Origin: an uncultured Thermoplasmata archaeon
Lineage (GTDB): Archaea; Thermoplasmatota; Thermoplasmata; RBG-16-68-12
Direction of reading: 5' to 3'
Assembly (NCBI GenBank): GCA_963768855.1
Contig: CAVYJM010000018.1
Coordinates: 1 to 64,000 of the forward strand
DNA length: 64,000 nt
This document shows positions 49,432 to 61,448 of the stretch, piece by piece (the first letter of the stretch is position 1; each line of letters starts with the position of its first letter). The notes under the pieces are model-generated. The model had not been told where the DNA came from, ran no database searches, and saw nothing but the letters and a program-made list of their open reading frames with translations. Position numbers and translations under genes: made by a program.

Positions 49432-50880
49432 ATGGCCGCCAAGCGCAGGAAGAAGGCACCGGCTCGCAAGCCCCGGCCGGGGCTCGTGAAAGTCGTGAAC
49501 CCGGCGACGGGCAAGGTGTTCGAGACATTCCCCATCACGACGAAGGAGCAGGTCAACGCGAAGGTCGAGAAGGCCCGGGAGGCCTTCAAGACCTGGTCGC
49601 GTCTGGACGTCGAGGAACGTGAAGGGTATCTGCAGCGCTTCGCCGAGGTGCTCCGCAAGCACAAGGAGGAGTACGCCCGGACGATGTCCATGGAGATGGG
49701 GAAGATCATCCGCGAGGCAAACGCGGAGGTCGAGAAGTGCGCCACTGCGGCGGACTACTTCGCGGCGAACTCGAAGCGATTCCTCGAGCCCGAGGTGGTC
49801 GAGACGGACTCGCAACGCTCCTACATCGCATTCCATCCCCGCGGGGTCCTCGGCTCCATCATGCCCTGGAACTTCCCGATGTGGCAAATCATCCGTTTCG
49901 CGATCCCCGCCCTTGCCGCGGGGGACACGGCGGTGATCAAGCCCGCGAGCGCCTCGCCGAAGACTGGGCTCCACGTCGAGGAGGCATTCCATGAGGCGGG
50001 CCTCCCCGACGGGGTCCTCCAGATCGTTGTGGGCGACTACACGACGGGCACCGCGCTCATCCGTTCCCCCGTGACGTTCGTCTCGCTCACGGGCAGTGTG
50101 GCCACAGGGATCAAAATCGCCCGGGAGTCTGCGAAGGACCTCAAGAAGACCGTGCTCGAACTCGGCGGTTCGGACCCGTTCATCGTGTGCGAGGACGCGG
50201 ATCTGGACCAAGCCGCAAAGGGAGCAATTACCGGGCGCTTCATCAATAACGGCCAGTCGTGCATCGCCGCGAAGCGCTTCCTCGTGGTTGACGCGGTCGC
50301 GGACGAATTCCTCGCGAAGCTCGAGGAGAACGTCCGGAAGCTCAAGGTCGGAGATCCTCTGGACCCCGCGACGGATATTGGCCCGCTCTATGCGAGGAGC
50401 CAGCGGGACGAAATCGAGATCCAGGTCAAGGACGCCCTCGCGAAAGGCGCGAAGTTGCACGCGGGCGGGAAACGCGTCAAGGGACCCGGCTGGTTCTACG
50501 AGCCCACCCTGCTCAGCGGCGTCACATTGAACATGAAGGTCATGAGGCAGGAGACCTTCGGCCCCGTGCTCCCGGTCTTCCGCGTCCCCAACGTCGACGC
50601 GGCAATCGAGCGCGCGAACGACACAGAGTTCGGGCTCGGCGCGAGCATATGGACGCGGAGCCTCAGCCTTGCGGACGACCTCGCGAAGCGCATCGATGCC
50701 GGGCTCGTGTTTGTGAACAATGCGGTGAAGTCGGATCCCCGGATGCCCTTCGGTGGTGTCAAACACTCCGGTGTCGGCCGGGAGCTCAGCCGGTACGGGC
50801 TTCTCGAGATGGTGAACATCAAGACCGTCCAGATCTACCCGCCGGGGAGTCCGGCGCCGCAGGTGCAACACGTCGAGTGA
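49432..50880 (+). CDS. NAD(P)-dependent aldehyde dehydrogenase (succinate-semialdehyde dehydrogenase-like)
   Basis: MPWNFP, KPAS, TGS, LELGGSDP, GQSCIA, ETFGP and PFGG.K.SG.GRE motifs. Confidence 0.93.
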   Translation: MAAKRRKKAPARKPRPGLVKVVNPATGKVFETFPITTKEQVNAKVEKAREAFKTWSRLDVEEREGYLQRFAEVLRKHKEEYARTMSMEMGKIIREANAEVEKCATAADYFAANSKRFLEPEVVETDSQRSYIAFHPRGVLGSIMPWNFPMWQIIRFAIPALAAGDTAVIKPASASPKTGLHVEEAFHEAGLPDGVLQIVVGDYTTGTALIRSPVTFVSLTGSVATGIKIARESAKDLKKTVLELGGSDPFIVCEDADLDQAAKGAITGRFINNGQSCIAAKRFLVVDAVADEFLAKLEENVRKLKVGDPLDPATDIGPLYARSQRDEIEIQVKDALAKGAKLHAGGKRVKGPGWFYEPTLLSGVTLNMKVMRQETFGPVLPVFRVPNVDAAIERANDTEFGLGASIWTRSLSLADDLAKRIDAGLVFVNNAVKSDPRMPFGGVKHSGVGRELSRYGLLEMVNIKTVQIYPPGSPAPQVQHVE

Positions 50881-50889
50881 GCGAGGGAA

Positions 50890-50977
50890 CGCTGAGGGGG
50901 AGATTCGAACTCCCGAGGGCCTTGCGACCCACCAGATCTCAAGTCTGGCGCGTTGAACCGGGCTTCGCTACCTCAGC
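50890..50977 (-). tRNA. tRNA-Ser(UGA)
   Basis: GCTGAGG acceptor stem, anticodon arm CCAGA-CTTGAGA-TCTGG, long variable arm, discriminator G. Confidence 0.96.
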
Positions 50978-51025
50978 GGCCACGCCATCGTCCAAGGGCA
51001 GAAATACCTTCTGCAGCGAGTCCGC

Positions 51026-52645
51026 TCAGGCACCCCGCAGTGCCTCGACGCCGAGCTCTAGCGCCATGACGGGCTGCGAGAGCGTGTAGGCCTCGAGGAT
51101 CCGCGGATGGATTTCCCCGAAACGCCCGAACTCACGTCCGTCCGCGAGGACGGAGGCCGCGCGGCCCGGGATGAAGTTCGGATCCTCGAGCGGTTCGATC
51201 GTCCCGGAAGAGCCTGCGTCGCGGAGCAGGCTGAGGACGAGGGACTTCGCCTCCGTGAAGGAGGCGCGGTGGTGGGTCGCGGCCGCTGCGACGTGCCGCA
51301 CGTTCCTCGCATCGAGGACCACGTCCGCGATCTCGAAAATCCTCTGGGGCAGCTCGCGATGCTTGTTCAGCTTGAAGAGGTTCAGGAGGCCCGGGACCAG
51401 GGAGGACCGCAGGGTCGTGAGATCCGTCGCCACCGGGTTGAGGACGACGGCCCGCTCCGGCGTCGCGAACGGCTCGTCCGCGTTCGCCATCGTGAGGGAC
51501 ATGACCTCCTGATATCCGTAGCCCATGAGCAGCTGGCGAAGCGCGTCGGAGAAGAGGCTCGTCGCCAGGGGCGTGCCGATCGTCTGGCGCCTCGGCAGTC
51601 CTCGCGGGTACCGGTCGTATCCCCAGGCGATCGCGAGATCCTCGGCGAGGTCGACCTCGTGCAGGAGGTCCATGCGGTACGCAGGCGCGCGCACGCGAAT
51701 CGTCTGCCCGTCCCCCTCGGCGTCGTAGCGCATGCGGCGCAGGAGCTCGACCGCCTTCTCCGGCGTCAGCTCAATCCCCAGGAGCTCCCGGGCTCGCGAA
51801 AGGTCGACCGACATCGGGATCGGCGTGAGGTCCGGTGTGTCGACCGTCCGATCCGCGTACATGGTGTGCACGGTCTGGATCTTCCCGCCCCTCTCGGCCA
51901 GGGCCGTGGCGAGGATGTTGAGCGCGCCGCTCACCGACTCGAAGTCCGTCCCCGTCACATCGAGGAAGAGGTTCCGAGTGTCGGGCGTGAGCTGGGTCAC
52001 GACCCCGTTGATGATGGGCGGGAAGGATAGGACGGTGCCTTTGCGGTCGACGATGATTGGGTACACGTCTTTTCCTTGGAGGATCGGGGCGTACTCGATC
52101 CCCTTCTCGTGATGCTCGAGGATTTCGGCGAGGTCCATCTCCTTCGCATGGCCCAGCGGGACGAACCGGACCGCGTGGGGCGACACGGCCTTGAACGTGA
52201 ACGGGGGCTCGACGCGGTCGAGGTCGTGGATCCCAATCGCCACCTTCTTCCGGCGCCGGCCCGTCGTCGTGTGCAACTTCTCCTGGAGGTCGACGAGGGA
52301 GCGAAGCAGTCGGTCGTCGAGCTCGACGCCGCGGACCACGCCGCCCACGGCGAAAGGCCGCACGCGCTCGACGCTCCGGTCGACGAGGAACTCGATCCCG
52401 GAAGGCGACACCGGATAGCGCGGAAGGCCCAGCTCGAGCCCCAGGTAGCCCCGCAGGCCCCGCGCGATGCCTTCGACCGAGTACAGGTCTGGACGGTTCG
52501 GGAAGATGTCGAACGTCATCACGTCGTCCTGGACGCCCTCCGGTCCAGAGCCCAGGTAGATGATGCGGTCGACCGCCTCCTCGAGGGAGATTCGCTTCCC
52601 GAGCAGGTCGATCAGGTCTTCGTACGGAACGTCGACGTTAGTCAA
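51026..52645 (-). CDS. pheT: Phenylalanine--tRNA ligase beta subunit (archaeal type)
   Basis: PNRPDLYSVEG.AR, QEKLH...GR.R.K.AIG.HD, FPPIIN and R.D.LH..D..ED.AIA.GY motifs; TTG start. Confidence 0.95.
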   Translation of the reverse strand: MTNVDVPYEDLIDLLGKRISLEEAVDRIIYLGSGPEGVQDDVMTFDIFPNRPDLYSVEGIARGLRGYLGLELGLPRYPVSPSGIEFLVDRSVERVRPFAVGGVVRGVELDDRLLRSLVDLQEKLHTTTGRRRKKVAIGIHDLDRVEPPFTFKAVSPHAVRFVPLGHAKEMDLAEILEHHEKGIEYAPILQGKDVYPIIVDRKGTVLSFPPIINGVVTQLTPDTRNLFLDVTGTDFESVSGALNILATALAERGGKIQTVHTMYADRTVDTPDLTPIPMSVDLSRARELLGIELTPEKAVELLRRMRYDAEGDGQTIRVRAPAYRMDLLHEVDLAEDLAIAWGYDRYPRGLPRRQTIGTPLATSLFSDALRQLLMGYGYQEVMSLTMANADEPFATPERAVVLNPVATDLTTLRSSLVPGLLNLFKLNKHRELPQRIFEIADVVLDARNVRHVAAAATHHRASFTEAKSLVLSLLRDAGSSGTIEPLEDPNFIPGRAASVLADGREFGRFGEIHPRILEAYTLSQPVMALELGVEALRGA

Positions 52646-52683
52646 GGCAGGCGCGGAAGCGGTCTCGCGCCTAAGAAGGTTTC

Positions 52684-52730
52684 GAGGAAGGAGCGAGGAA
52701 AAAGGAAGAAAGGAGGAAAGAAAGGGGAAA
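52684..52730 (-). terminator. Long pyrimidine (U/C) tract, probable archaeal terminator
   Basis: 47 nt of purines on + with a single C, starting 10 nt after the stop of the 89-aa gene. Confidence 0.5.
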
Positions 52731-52739
52731 CAGACGCGG

Positions 52740-53009
52740 TCAGTGGACGACGGCCACAGCCTTCGCGGCAGCGGACTTCGCGACGGCCGCAACCGTGGCG
52801 CCGATTCCGCCGCCTCCGGCCGCACCCGCGGCTCCGCCCGCGAGCGCGCTCTGGACAGCGCTCACCACGGCGTGGCCAGGAGCCGCCGCCGGGATGTGAG
52901 CGAGCGCGGTCGCAAGTCCGGTCGGGTCACCATGGGCCGCCGAAACGGCCCCGAGGGCGACTCCACCTGCCGCGGCGCCGACGGCCGCAGCGACTGCGAG
53001 GGATATCAT
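52740..53009 (-). CDS. 89-aa Ala/Gly-rich hydrophobic small protein
   Basis: Strong GAGGTGA SD 6 nt upstream, own terminator-like tract, almost entirely A/G/V. Confidence 0.7.
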   Translation of the reverse strand: MISLAVAAAVGAAAGGVALGAVSAAHGDPTGLATALAHIPAAAPGHAVVSAVQSALAGGAAGAAGGGGIGATVAAVAKSAAAKAVAVVH

Positions 53010-53232
53010 GCTGGTTCACCTCAACAGATGTGAGGATGACCGAAACTTAAAGGCGTTATGGTACGACGGTCGAAGGTCGATTCTCGTGGTTGCGGACCCA
53101 ACCAGATCCCTCGGGAATCGACTGCCGCGAGCCGGCGTGCCCCCGTCCGGCGACGCATCGATTTGCCAACTCCCATCCTCCGGTCTGGCGTTCTGACGGA
53201 ACCTTCAAGTGCTCCAGAGCGTTCCGCTCGGT

Positions 53233-53676
53233 ATGGAGGAGATCGACGAGACGGACCGCGAGATCCTCGACGTGCTCATGCAAGATGCGTCGCGGAGTAT
53301 CGCGGAAATCGCGCGGGAGCTGGACATGCCCCGGCCCACGGTCCAGTACCGCGTGCAGAAGATGCGGGAGCGCGGCGTGATCCGCGCGATCAAGGCCATC
53401 CCCGATTATGGCAAGCTTGGGAAGCCCGTCACGGCCTTCATCCTCGTCAACTTCCTTCCGAACCCGGACGTGTCCCAGCGCGAACTTGCGGACAAGATCT
53501 CGAAGCTTGCGGGCGTCCACGAGGTCCACGTGATCTCGGGCGAGTGGGACCTCCTCCTCAAGGTCCGCGCGGGCTCCATGGAAGAGCTGGGCCGCATGGT
53601 CATCGACAAGCTCCGCGCGATGAAGGGCGTCGGCCACACGATGACGTGCGCGTCCTTCACCCCGGTCAAGGAGTGA
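53233..53676 (+). CDS. Lrp/AsnC family transcriptional regulator
   Basis: IDETDREIL..L..DA..S..EIA..L HTH; ISGEWDLLLKV effector domain. Confidence 0.93.
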   Translation: MEEIDETDREILDVLMQDASRSIAEIARELDMPRPTVQYRVQKMRERGVIRAIKAIPDYGKLGKPVTAFILVNFLPNPDVSQRELADKISKLAGVHEVHVISGEWDLLLKVRAGSMEELGRMVIDKLRAMKGVGHTMTCASFTPVKE

Positions 53677-53684
53677 CGCCCGAC

Positions 53685-55298
53685 TCAGCGGAGCGGCCTC
53701 GCGCCGCGTCCTTCGCCCGCCGTCGCGATGCGACGCTTGGCCCACAGGAGCCGGTTCAGGGCCTCCATCGCAGCGTCGACCGACGTGGTGACGATGTCAG
53801 GCCCGACCGCGCGGCCGAGCGCGGACACGGACGCGGGCTGCTTGTCGACGAGACGAACCGTGACCTGGCAGAGGCTGTCGGCGCCGCCCGTGATCGCCTC
53901 GAGCCGGTACTCATCGAGGGAGATCGTCTCGGACACGGCCATGCGCATCGCCTTCAAGGCCGCGTCGATGGGTCCGACCCCGGGTTCCGAGGCCCTGCGC
54001 CGTTGGCCGTCGACTACGAGGCAGACGGTCGAGGTCGGCGTGAAGTTGAAACCCGTGATGGCGGTGAATTCCTCCAGCTGGACCAGCTTCTCCGTCTCCA
54101 GGGTCCGCCCTTGGGAGTCATAGGCCAGGGCCACGAGTTCGGCGTCGTCCACCTGCTTCCCGCCTTCCGCCAGCCTCTTCACGCGTGCCGTGACACCCGT
54201 GAGCTGCTCCTTCGAAAGCGAGAAGCCGTATTCCTTCAGGCGGCTCTCGACGCTGTGCACGCCCGAGTGCTTCCCGACAACGATCTTGCGCTCCTTGCCG
54301 ACCGAGTCGGGGGTCATCGCCTCGTAGGTCGATTGATCCCCAAGGATGCCGTGGACGTGGATGCCCGACTCGTGGGCGAATGCGTTGTCGCCGACGATCG
54401 CCTTGTTGGGCTGGACCGCGACCCCGGTCAGGCGAGAGACGATCTTGGACGCATGACTGAGCCTCGTGCTGTCCACGTTGGTCACGATGCCGTAGAACGC
54501 GCGGAGACCCATGACGACCTCCTCGAGACTCGCGTTCCCGGCCCGTTCGCCGATCCCGTTCACGGTCACGTGCACCTCCTCCGCGCCGCCTTCGACCGCC
54601 GCGAGGCTGTTCGCGGTCGCGAGCCCGAAGTCGTTATGGCAGTGGACCGCGATCGGCACGCGGGTCACGGCCTTGAGTTCGCCGATCAGATGACGCATGG
54701 CGGGAGGGCTCATCGTGCCCACCGTGTCCGCGACGTCGATCCGGTCTGCTTTGGCGTCCTGCACCTGCCGGTGGACCGTTTTGAGGAAGCCGAGGTCCGT
54801 CCGCGTCGCGTCCTCGGATGAGAACTCGACCACGAAGCCGTGGGACTTGGCGTAGTCGATCGCGGTGACCGCCTTCTCGAGGACCTGTTCGCGCGTCATC
54901 TTGAGCTTGTGCGTCAGGTGGATGTCCGAGGTCGCGATGAACACGTGGATCTCGTCCACGTCGGCCGCAATCGAGGCGTCGATGTCTGCCTGGACGGTCC
55001 GGTTCAAGGTGCAGATCTTCGCGCGCAGGCCCGCGTGCGCGACCGCCTTGACGGACTCGAACTCACCGGGGGAGTTCGCGGGGAAACCTGCCTCGATCGA
55101 GTCCACGCCGAGGTCGTCCAGCACCCGAGCGATCGCGACCTTGTCTGCGGTGGCCAGGGCCACGCCCGGCGTCTGTTCGCCGTCGCGAAGCGTCGTGTCG
55201 AAGATGCGCACCCGGCGTCCGGCGTTCCCGCTGCGGACGAGCTCGTTGTACGGGCTCACGAACACGGCGCGTTCCGATTCAGGCATGGGGACCACCAA
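53685..55298 (-). CDS. leuA: 2-isopropylmalate synthase/citramalate synthase (LeuA family)
   Basis: [33 protein letters not shown] and GKHSG motifs plus the C-terminal regulatory domain; LeuA vs CimA not resolvable by eye. Confidence 0.88.
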   Translation of the reverse strand: MVVPMPESERAVFVSPYNELVRSGNAGRRVRIFDTTLRDGEQTPGVALATADKVAIARVLDDLGVDSIEAGFPANSPGEFESVKAVAHAGLRAKICTLNRTVQADIDASIAADVDEIHVFIATSDIHLTHKLKMTREQVLEKAVTAIDYAKSHGFVVEFSSEDATRTDLGFLKTVHRQVQDAKADRIDVADTVGTMSPPAMRHLIGELKAVTRVPIAVHCHNDFGLATANSLAAVEGGAEEVHVTVNGIGERAGNASLEEVVMGLRAFYGIVTNVDSTRLSHASKIVSRLTGVAVQPNKAIVGDNAFAHESGIHVHGILGDQSTYEAMTPDSVGKERKIVVGKHSGVHSVESRLKEYGFSLSKEQLTGVTARVKRLAEGGKQVDDAELVALAYDSQGRTLETEKLVQLEEFTAITGFNFTPTSTVCLVVDGQRRRASEPGVGPIDAALKAMRMAVSETISLDEYRLEAITGGADSLCQVTVRLVDKQPASVSALGRAVGPDIVTTSVDAAMEALNRLLWAKRRIATAGEGRGARPLR

Positions 55299-55340
55299 AA
55301 TGCAGGCCAGAGGAGGACGGCCCGGCGGGATCCGGGGCCG

Positions 55341-55582
55341 TTCCTCCCCTAGGCCGGCGGGAGGGGACGCTGGCTAAGCAGAACCGGCTTCCGGAATTGG
55401 GGCTCCGTGCGCGGCACCTCCCTGCTACTGGATAGCAGAGCAGACCCGCAAGCCGCGGATTCCACATAAAGCCTAGGGTGGCCGAAGGAATTGAGCAATC
55501 CGTTAAGGTATGGCGTGATTCTGCCGCGGTCCGTGGGCAGCCCGCCCAGCCGCAGGCCGGAAGCTTCATGTAGCGCGGGGAA
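55341..55582 (+). ncRNA. Probable archaeal SRP (7S) RNA with an atypical helix 8
   Basis: Terminal pairing UUCCUC/GGGGAA and CUA/UAG. Alu-like helices CCGGCG/CGCUGG and AGC/GCU with GG/CC loops. Long helix 5: UCCGG/CCGGA, UUGG/CCAG, GGCU/AGCC, CCGUG/CGUGG, CGCGG/CCGCG. Helix-6-like CUGCUA/UAGCAG; GAGCAA present. Confidence 0.62.
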
Positions 55583-55786
55583 AATCAGAAGGGGACGCGC
55601 GTCGGCGCGCGAGGCAGACAGCGAGATGAACGAGACCGCGGACCTGCGCAGGGGACGGGAGTCGAGCGACCGCTCGGCCCGAGCCTCCGCGATTTTTGCC
55701 GCGCCTCGGCCGTTCCCGCAGCCTCGTGCCGGCGCCGGCTCGCTGTGACCCCGCTCGGATGCGGGTGTCACAACGGGGTGTTGCGC

Positions 55787-56620
55787 ATGGACGGACAGAA
55801 GACCATCGGCATTGCTGGCGTGGGCAAAATGGGCGAAGCGCTCGTGAAGGGACTCGTCTCCCGGCGGGTGCTCCCGCCGTCGAGGATCCTCGTGAGCGAC
55901 GCGATCGCCGCGCGCGCGAAGGAAATCGCCGCGACGTACGACGTAGGCTACGTCCCCTCGATCGCGAAGCTCGCGGAGCGCTCGGACATCCTGGTCCTCG
56001 CCTCGAAGCCGAAGGACATGCCCGGGCTCGTGGCATCCCTCGTGGGCCACGTGAAACCCGACGCGCTGGTCATCACCCTGGCCGCGGGGGTCCGGACCGC
56101 ATTCGTCGAGGGCGCGCTCCAGGGCAAGGGTCATGTCGTTCGGATGATGCCGAACCTCGCGTGCGGCGTGGGCGAGGGCGCCACGGCATTCGCGCTCGGG
56201 ACCACGGCAACGGATGCGGATGCCGTGCGGGTCGAGGAGCTCATGGGCTCCCTGGGCCGCGTGACGAAGGTCGAGGAGAAGCACCTCGATGCGGTCACGG
56301 GCCTCAGCGGGAGCGGCCCCGGGTTCATGGCAGCGCTCGCCCAGGCGATGATCGATGGGGGCGTGCGCTCGGGACTGCCCAAGGACGTCGCCTTCAAGCT
56401 CGCCCTCCAGACGATGAAGGGCACCGCCGAGCTCCTGCTCGCGGACGGCCTTGAACCGGAGAAGCTGTATCAGATGGTCGCGACGCCCGGCGGCACGACC
56501 GCGGCCGGCTGGCACGTGATGCAGGACCGTGGGGTGCCACAGGCCATCTCGGACGGCATCGTCGCGGCGTCCAAGCGGGCCGAGGAGCTCGCGCTCGAGG
56601 CCGCGAACCTCCACAAGTAA
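55787..56620 (+). CDS. proC: Pyrroline-5-carboxylate reductase
   Basis: G.GKMG, KP.D, RMMPN, TGLSGSGP and V.TPGGTT motifs. Confidence 0.95.
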   Translation: MDGQKTIGIAGVGKMGEALVKGLVSRRVLPPSRILVSDAIAARAKEIAATYDVGYVPSIAKLAERSDILVLASKPKDMPGLVASLVGHVKPDALVITLAAGVRTAFVEGALQGKGHVVRMMPNLACGVGEGATAFALGTTATDADAVRVEELMGSLGRVTKVEEKHLDAVTGLSGSGPGFMAALAQAMIDGGVRSGLPKDVAFKLALQTMKGTAELLLADGLEPEKLYQMVATPGGTTAAGWHVMQDRGVPQAISDGIVAASKRAEELALEAANLHK

Positions 56621-56630
56621 GGTGGTCAAG

Positions 56631-57527
56631 GTGCCACCGAGACCGGCTAAACCTCGCGTCGCGTACCAGGGAGAGCGGGGGGCCTACAGCGAGGATGCCG
56701 TGGTCGCGGTGTTCGGGGAGCGCGTGGCGGCGATCCCGTGTCAAGAGTTCCGCGACGCGTTCGAGGCCGTTGACACCGGGCAGGCCACGCACGCGGTCCT
56801 CCCCGTGGAGAACTCGATCGAGGGAACCGTGGCCCAGGTGAACGATCTCCTCCTGGAGCACGACCTCACCGTGACGGGTGAGGCAATCGTGACCGTGGAC
56901 CACTGCCTGATCGGGCACCCGAAATCACGGATCGACGACCTCCGTACCGTGTACAGCCATCCGCAGGCCCTCGGACAGTGCCGCCGCTTCCTCGCCCGCC
57001 ATCCGGAGTGGCGGCAGATCCCGGCGTACGACACCGCAGGGAGTGTGCAAATCGTCAAGGAGCGTGGCCGCCTCGAGGAGGCGGCGATCGCGAGCCGCCG
57101 CAGCGCCGGGCTGTACGGGATGCGGATCCTCGCCGAGGGAATCCAGACCGACCATGAGAACTTCACGCGGTTCTTCGTGCTTGAGAAACACCCGCGGGAG
57201 GTCCCCGGGGCGGACAAGACCTCGATCGCCTTCGTCGCGAAGAACGTCCCCGGATCGCTCCATGCCTGCCTCGGAGAGTTCGCGACGCGGAAGATCAACC
57301 TCACGAAGCTCGAGTCTCGCCCCCGTCGTGCGCGGCCTTGGAACTACGTCTTCTTCGCGGACCTCGAAGGGAGCATGGGCGACCCCCGGATCCGGGAGGC
57401 AGTCGGGGCCCTCGTCGGGACCGCAGGATTCGTGAAGGTCTTCGGGTCCTACCGTCGATTGCGGCCGCCCGTCTCGCCCGACAGGCGACAGACCGCTCTA
57501 ATCGCAGACGGCGCCCGTGGCCGCTGA
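56631..57527 (+). CDS. pheA: Prephenate dehydratase (PDT + ACT)
   Basis: [35 protein letters not shown] and NLTKLESRP motifs. Confidence 0.95.
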   Translation: MPPRPAKPRVAYQGERGAYSEDAVVAVFGERVAAIPCQEFRDAFEAVDTGQATHAVLPVENSIEGTVAQVNDLLLEHDLTVTGEAIVTVDHCLIGHPKSRIDDLRTVYSHPQALGQCRRFLARHPEWRQIPAYDTAGSVQIVKERGRLEEAAIASRRSAGLYGMRILAEGIQTDHENFTRFFVLEKHPREVPGADKTSIAFVAKNVPGSLHACLGEFATRKINLTKLESRPRRARPWNYVFFADLEGSMGDPRIREAVGALVGTAGFVKVFGSYRRLRPPVSPDRRQTALIADGARGR

Positions 57528-59183
57528 GCCCACGAGCTTCGCGTACTTCGCCAGCGCCCCCGACGTGTAGCGTGCCTTGGGCCGCTTCCAAGCCTTGCCT
57601 CTCGCGGCGAGCTCCTTCTTCGTCAGGCCCACCGCGAGCCTCCGCTTCGGGACATCCACCTCGACGAGGTCGTGGTCGCGCACGAGGGCGAGCGGACCGC
57701 CATCCCAGGCTTCCGGCGAGACGTGGCCCACCATGAGCCCGCGGGTCGCGCCGGAGAAACGCCCGTCGGTGACGAGCGCGACCTGGTCCCCCAGCCCCTG
57801 GCCGACGAGGGCGGCGGTGATCGCGAGCATCTCCCGCATCCCCGGCCCACCCTTGGGGCCCTCGTATCGGATCACGACGACCTCGCCGGACCGAATCGCC
57901 CGTTTCTCGGCGGCGGCGAGCGCGTCTTGCTCCCCGTTGAACACGCGCGCTGGTCCTTGGTGAACGAGGTGCGACACGCCCGCCGTCTTCACGACAGCGC
58001 CCCGAGGTGCCAAGTTCCCGTTGAGGATCGCTAGCGTCCCGCTCGGGCTGATCGGATCGCGGATCGGGCGGACGATGTCCCCCGGGATTTCGGTGGGGGC
58101 GTCACGGAGCCTCTGCGCGAGCGTCTCGCCCGTCACGGTGATGCAATCCGGGTGGAGCTTCTTGGCCCCGAGCAGGCGCTTCATCACGACGGGCACGCCG
58201 CCGGCGCGGTGCAGGTCGGCCATCACATACTGGCCGCCCGGCTTCAGGCTCGCAATGTGGGGCGTCCTGCGCGAGATCCGGTCGAACTCGTCGATCGAGA
58301 GCTTGACGCGCGCCTCATGCGCGATCGCGAGGAGATGGAGCACCGCGTTCGTCGATCCGCCCATGGCCGCGTCGACCGTGATTGCGTTCTCGAACGCCTC
58401 ATGGGTCAGGACATCCCGCGGCTTGATGCCGAGCTCGAGCGTCTTCATGACCGCGTAGCCGACGAGCTCGGAGTGCGTCTCCCGGGCAGGATGGACCGCG
58501 GGGATCGCCGCGTCTCCGGGGATCGTCATGCCGAGGACCTCCGCGCACGTCGCCATCGTGTTCGCGGTGAAGAGGCCCGCGCAGGTCCCCGCACCCGGGA
58601 AGGCGCATCGCTCGATGCCCGCGAGGTCCTCCGCGCTCATCCGCCCCGCCTCGAACGCCCCGACGGCCTCGAACATGTCTTGGATCGTGACATCCCGGCC
58701 CTGGAAACGGCCCGCCAACGCCGGGCCTCCATATGTGAAGACGGAGGGGAGGTTGAGTCGGGCGATCGCCATGAGCGAACCCGGAATCGTCTTGTCGCAG
58801 CCCGCGCACGTGACGAGCGCGTCGTATCGGTGCGCATGCATCACGAGCTCGATCGAATCGGCGATAACCTCGCGGCTCACGAGGGAGGCGCGCATCCCCT
58901 CATGGCCCATCGCGATGCCGTCGGAGATCGCGATCGTCGGGAACTCCCGCGGCGTGCCGCCCGCGGCCCGCACCGCTTCCTTCACGCGCTTCGTCACGCG
59001 GTCGAGATTGAGTTGGCACGGCGTGACCTCGCTCCAGGTGTTCGCCACCCCGACGAAGGGCCGCGCCAGATCCGAATCGGTGAGTCCCATGGCCCGTAGC
59101 ATGGACCGCGCAGGCGCGCGCGCGGGGCCCTCCGTGACCTCCCAGCTCCGGCCCTTCAGACTCGCGGGTTTCTCCTTCGGCAT
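57498..59183 (-). CDS. ilvD: Dihydroxy-acid dehydratase
   Basis: [37 protein letters not shown] and TDGRFSG motifs. Confidence 0.96.
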   Translation of the reverse strand: MPKEKPASLKGRSWEVTEGPARAPARSMLRAMGLTDSDLARPFVGVANTWSEVTPCQLNLDRVTKRVKEAVRAAGGTPREFPTIAISDGIAMGHEGMRASLVSREVIADSIELVMHAHRYDALVTCAGCDKTIPGSLMAIARLNLPSVFTYGGPALAGRFQGRDVTIQDMFEAVGAFEAGRMSAEDLAGIERCAFPGAGTCAGLFTANTMATCAEVLGMTIPGDAAIPAVHPARETHSELVGYAVMKTLELGIKPRDVLTHEAFENAITVDAAMGGSTNAVLHLLAIAHEARVKLSIDEFDRISRRTPHIASLKPGGQYVMADLHRAGGVPVVMKRLLGAKKLHPDCITVTGETLAQRLRDAPTEIPGDIVRPIRDPISPSGTLAILNGNLAPRGAVVKTAGVSHLVHQGPARVFNGEQDALAAAEKRAIRSGEVVVIRYEGPKGGPGMREMLAITAALVGQGLGDQVALVTDGRFSGATRGLMVGHVSPEAWDGGPLALVRDHDLVEVDVPKRRLAVGLTKKELAARGKAWKRPKARYTSGALAKYAKLVGSAATGAVCD

Positions 59184-59205
59184 GCGGTCTCCTCCATGCC
59201 CCGAA

Positions 59206-60212
59206 TCACTTCGAGCGCAAATGGATGTCGATGACATCACGCAGCAGGGCGGCCGCCGTCTGCGGACCCCCCGCCCCTCTCCCGATCAGGGTGACGGATC
59301 CGACGTTCTCCGTCTCGTAGGTCACCGCGTTCAGGCTGCCTGCGACGTTCAACACGTCGTCGTGGGCGAGGGGCTCCGGGCCAACGCTCGCTCGCTTCCC
59401 GTCGAATCGGGCCACGAGCCGGACGACCTGGCCCTGCGCGCGGGCGCGCTCCACGTCGGAACAGGTCACGCCTTGGATGCCCCGCGTCGAGACGTCCGTC
59501 ACATGGAGGTGCGCACCCATGACCCAGTTCGCCAGGATCGTGAGCTTGATCGCCGCGTCCGTGCCTTCGATGTCGTACGCGGGGTTGGCCTCCGCGTAGC
59601 CCAGGCGCTTCGCCTCGGCGAGGGCGTCGTCGAACTCGAGGCCGTCCGCCATCCGGGTCAGGATGTAGTTGGTCGTTCCGTTCAGGATGCCGGTGATCTG
59701 GGTGACCGGCTCGCCGCGGAGGCTCAGCCGGGCGAGGTCCAGCATCGGCGTTCCCCCGCCCGCCGTCCCGCTGAACCGGAGGAGGACCCCGTGTTCCCTC
59801 GCGAGCGAGGTCAGGTGGTCCATCGCGAGCACGATGGGCCCCTTGTTCGCCGTGACGACGTGGCGCCCCGCCTTGAGCGCTCCGCGGATGTGGGAGAGCG
59901 CCGGCTCCCCATCCAGGATGTTCGTCGGCGTCACCTCGACGATCGTGTCGGCCTCGACGGTGTGGATGATTTCGAGGGCGCGGCGTCCCGGGCGGAACCG
60001 CGGCTGGAGAGCGGCCAGGCCCTCCTTGGATCGCTTTCCCTGGAGCAGCGCGCCGGGCTCGATGCCTCCGGGGTGCACGACCGCGCCGCTCGTGTCGAGT
60101 GCGGCGACGATCTTGACGCGAAGGCCATACTGATCGAGCAAGCGCGGGCTCTGCGCTTCGAGGTGGGCCAAGAGCCCCTGGCCCAGGGCGCCGAGACCGA
60201 CGAGGATGACCC

Positions 60213-60216
<4 letters not shown>
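59206..60216 (-). CDS. hom: Homoserine dehydrogenase
   Basis: [14 protein letters not shown]...[23 protein letters not shown] and GAGG..TA motifs. Confidence 0.93.
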
Positions 60217-61433
<1,217 letters not shown>

Positions 61434-61448
61434 CCCATCCTCCGTCCT

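Noticed and set aside
55330-55750. RNase P RNA, T-box or group I intron as alternative identities for the structured intergenic RNA
   Set aside because: No GAGGAAAGUCC P4 element, no complete T-box (GGUGGNACC) or terminator, and no valid P7 pairing. The Alu-plus-helix-5 pairing fits SRP better.
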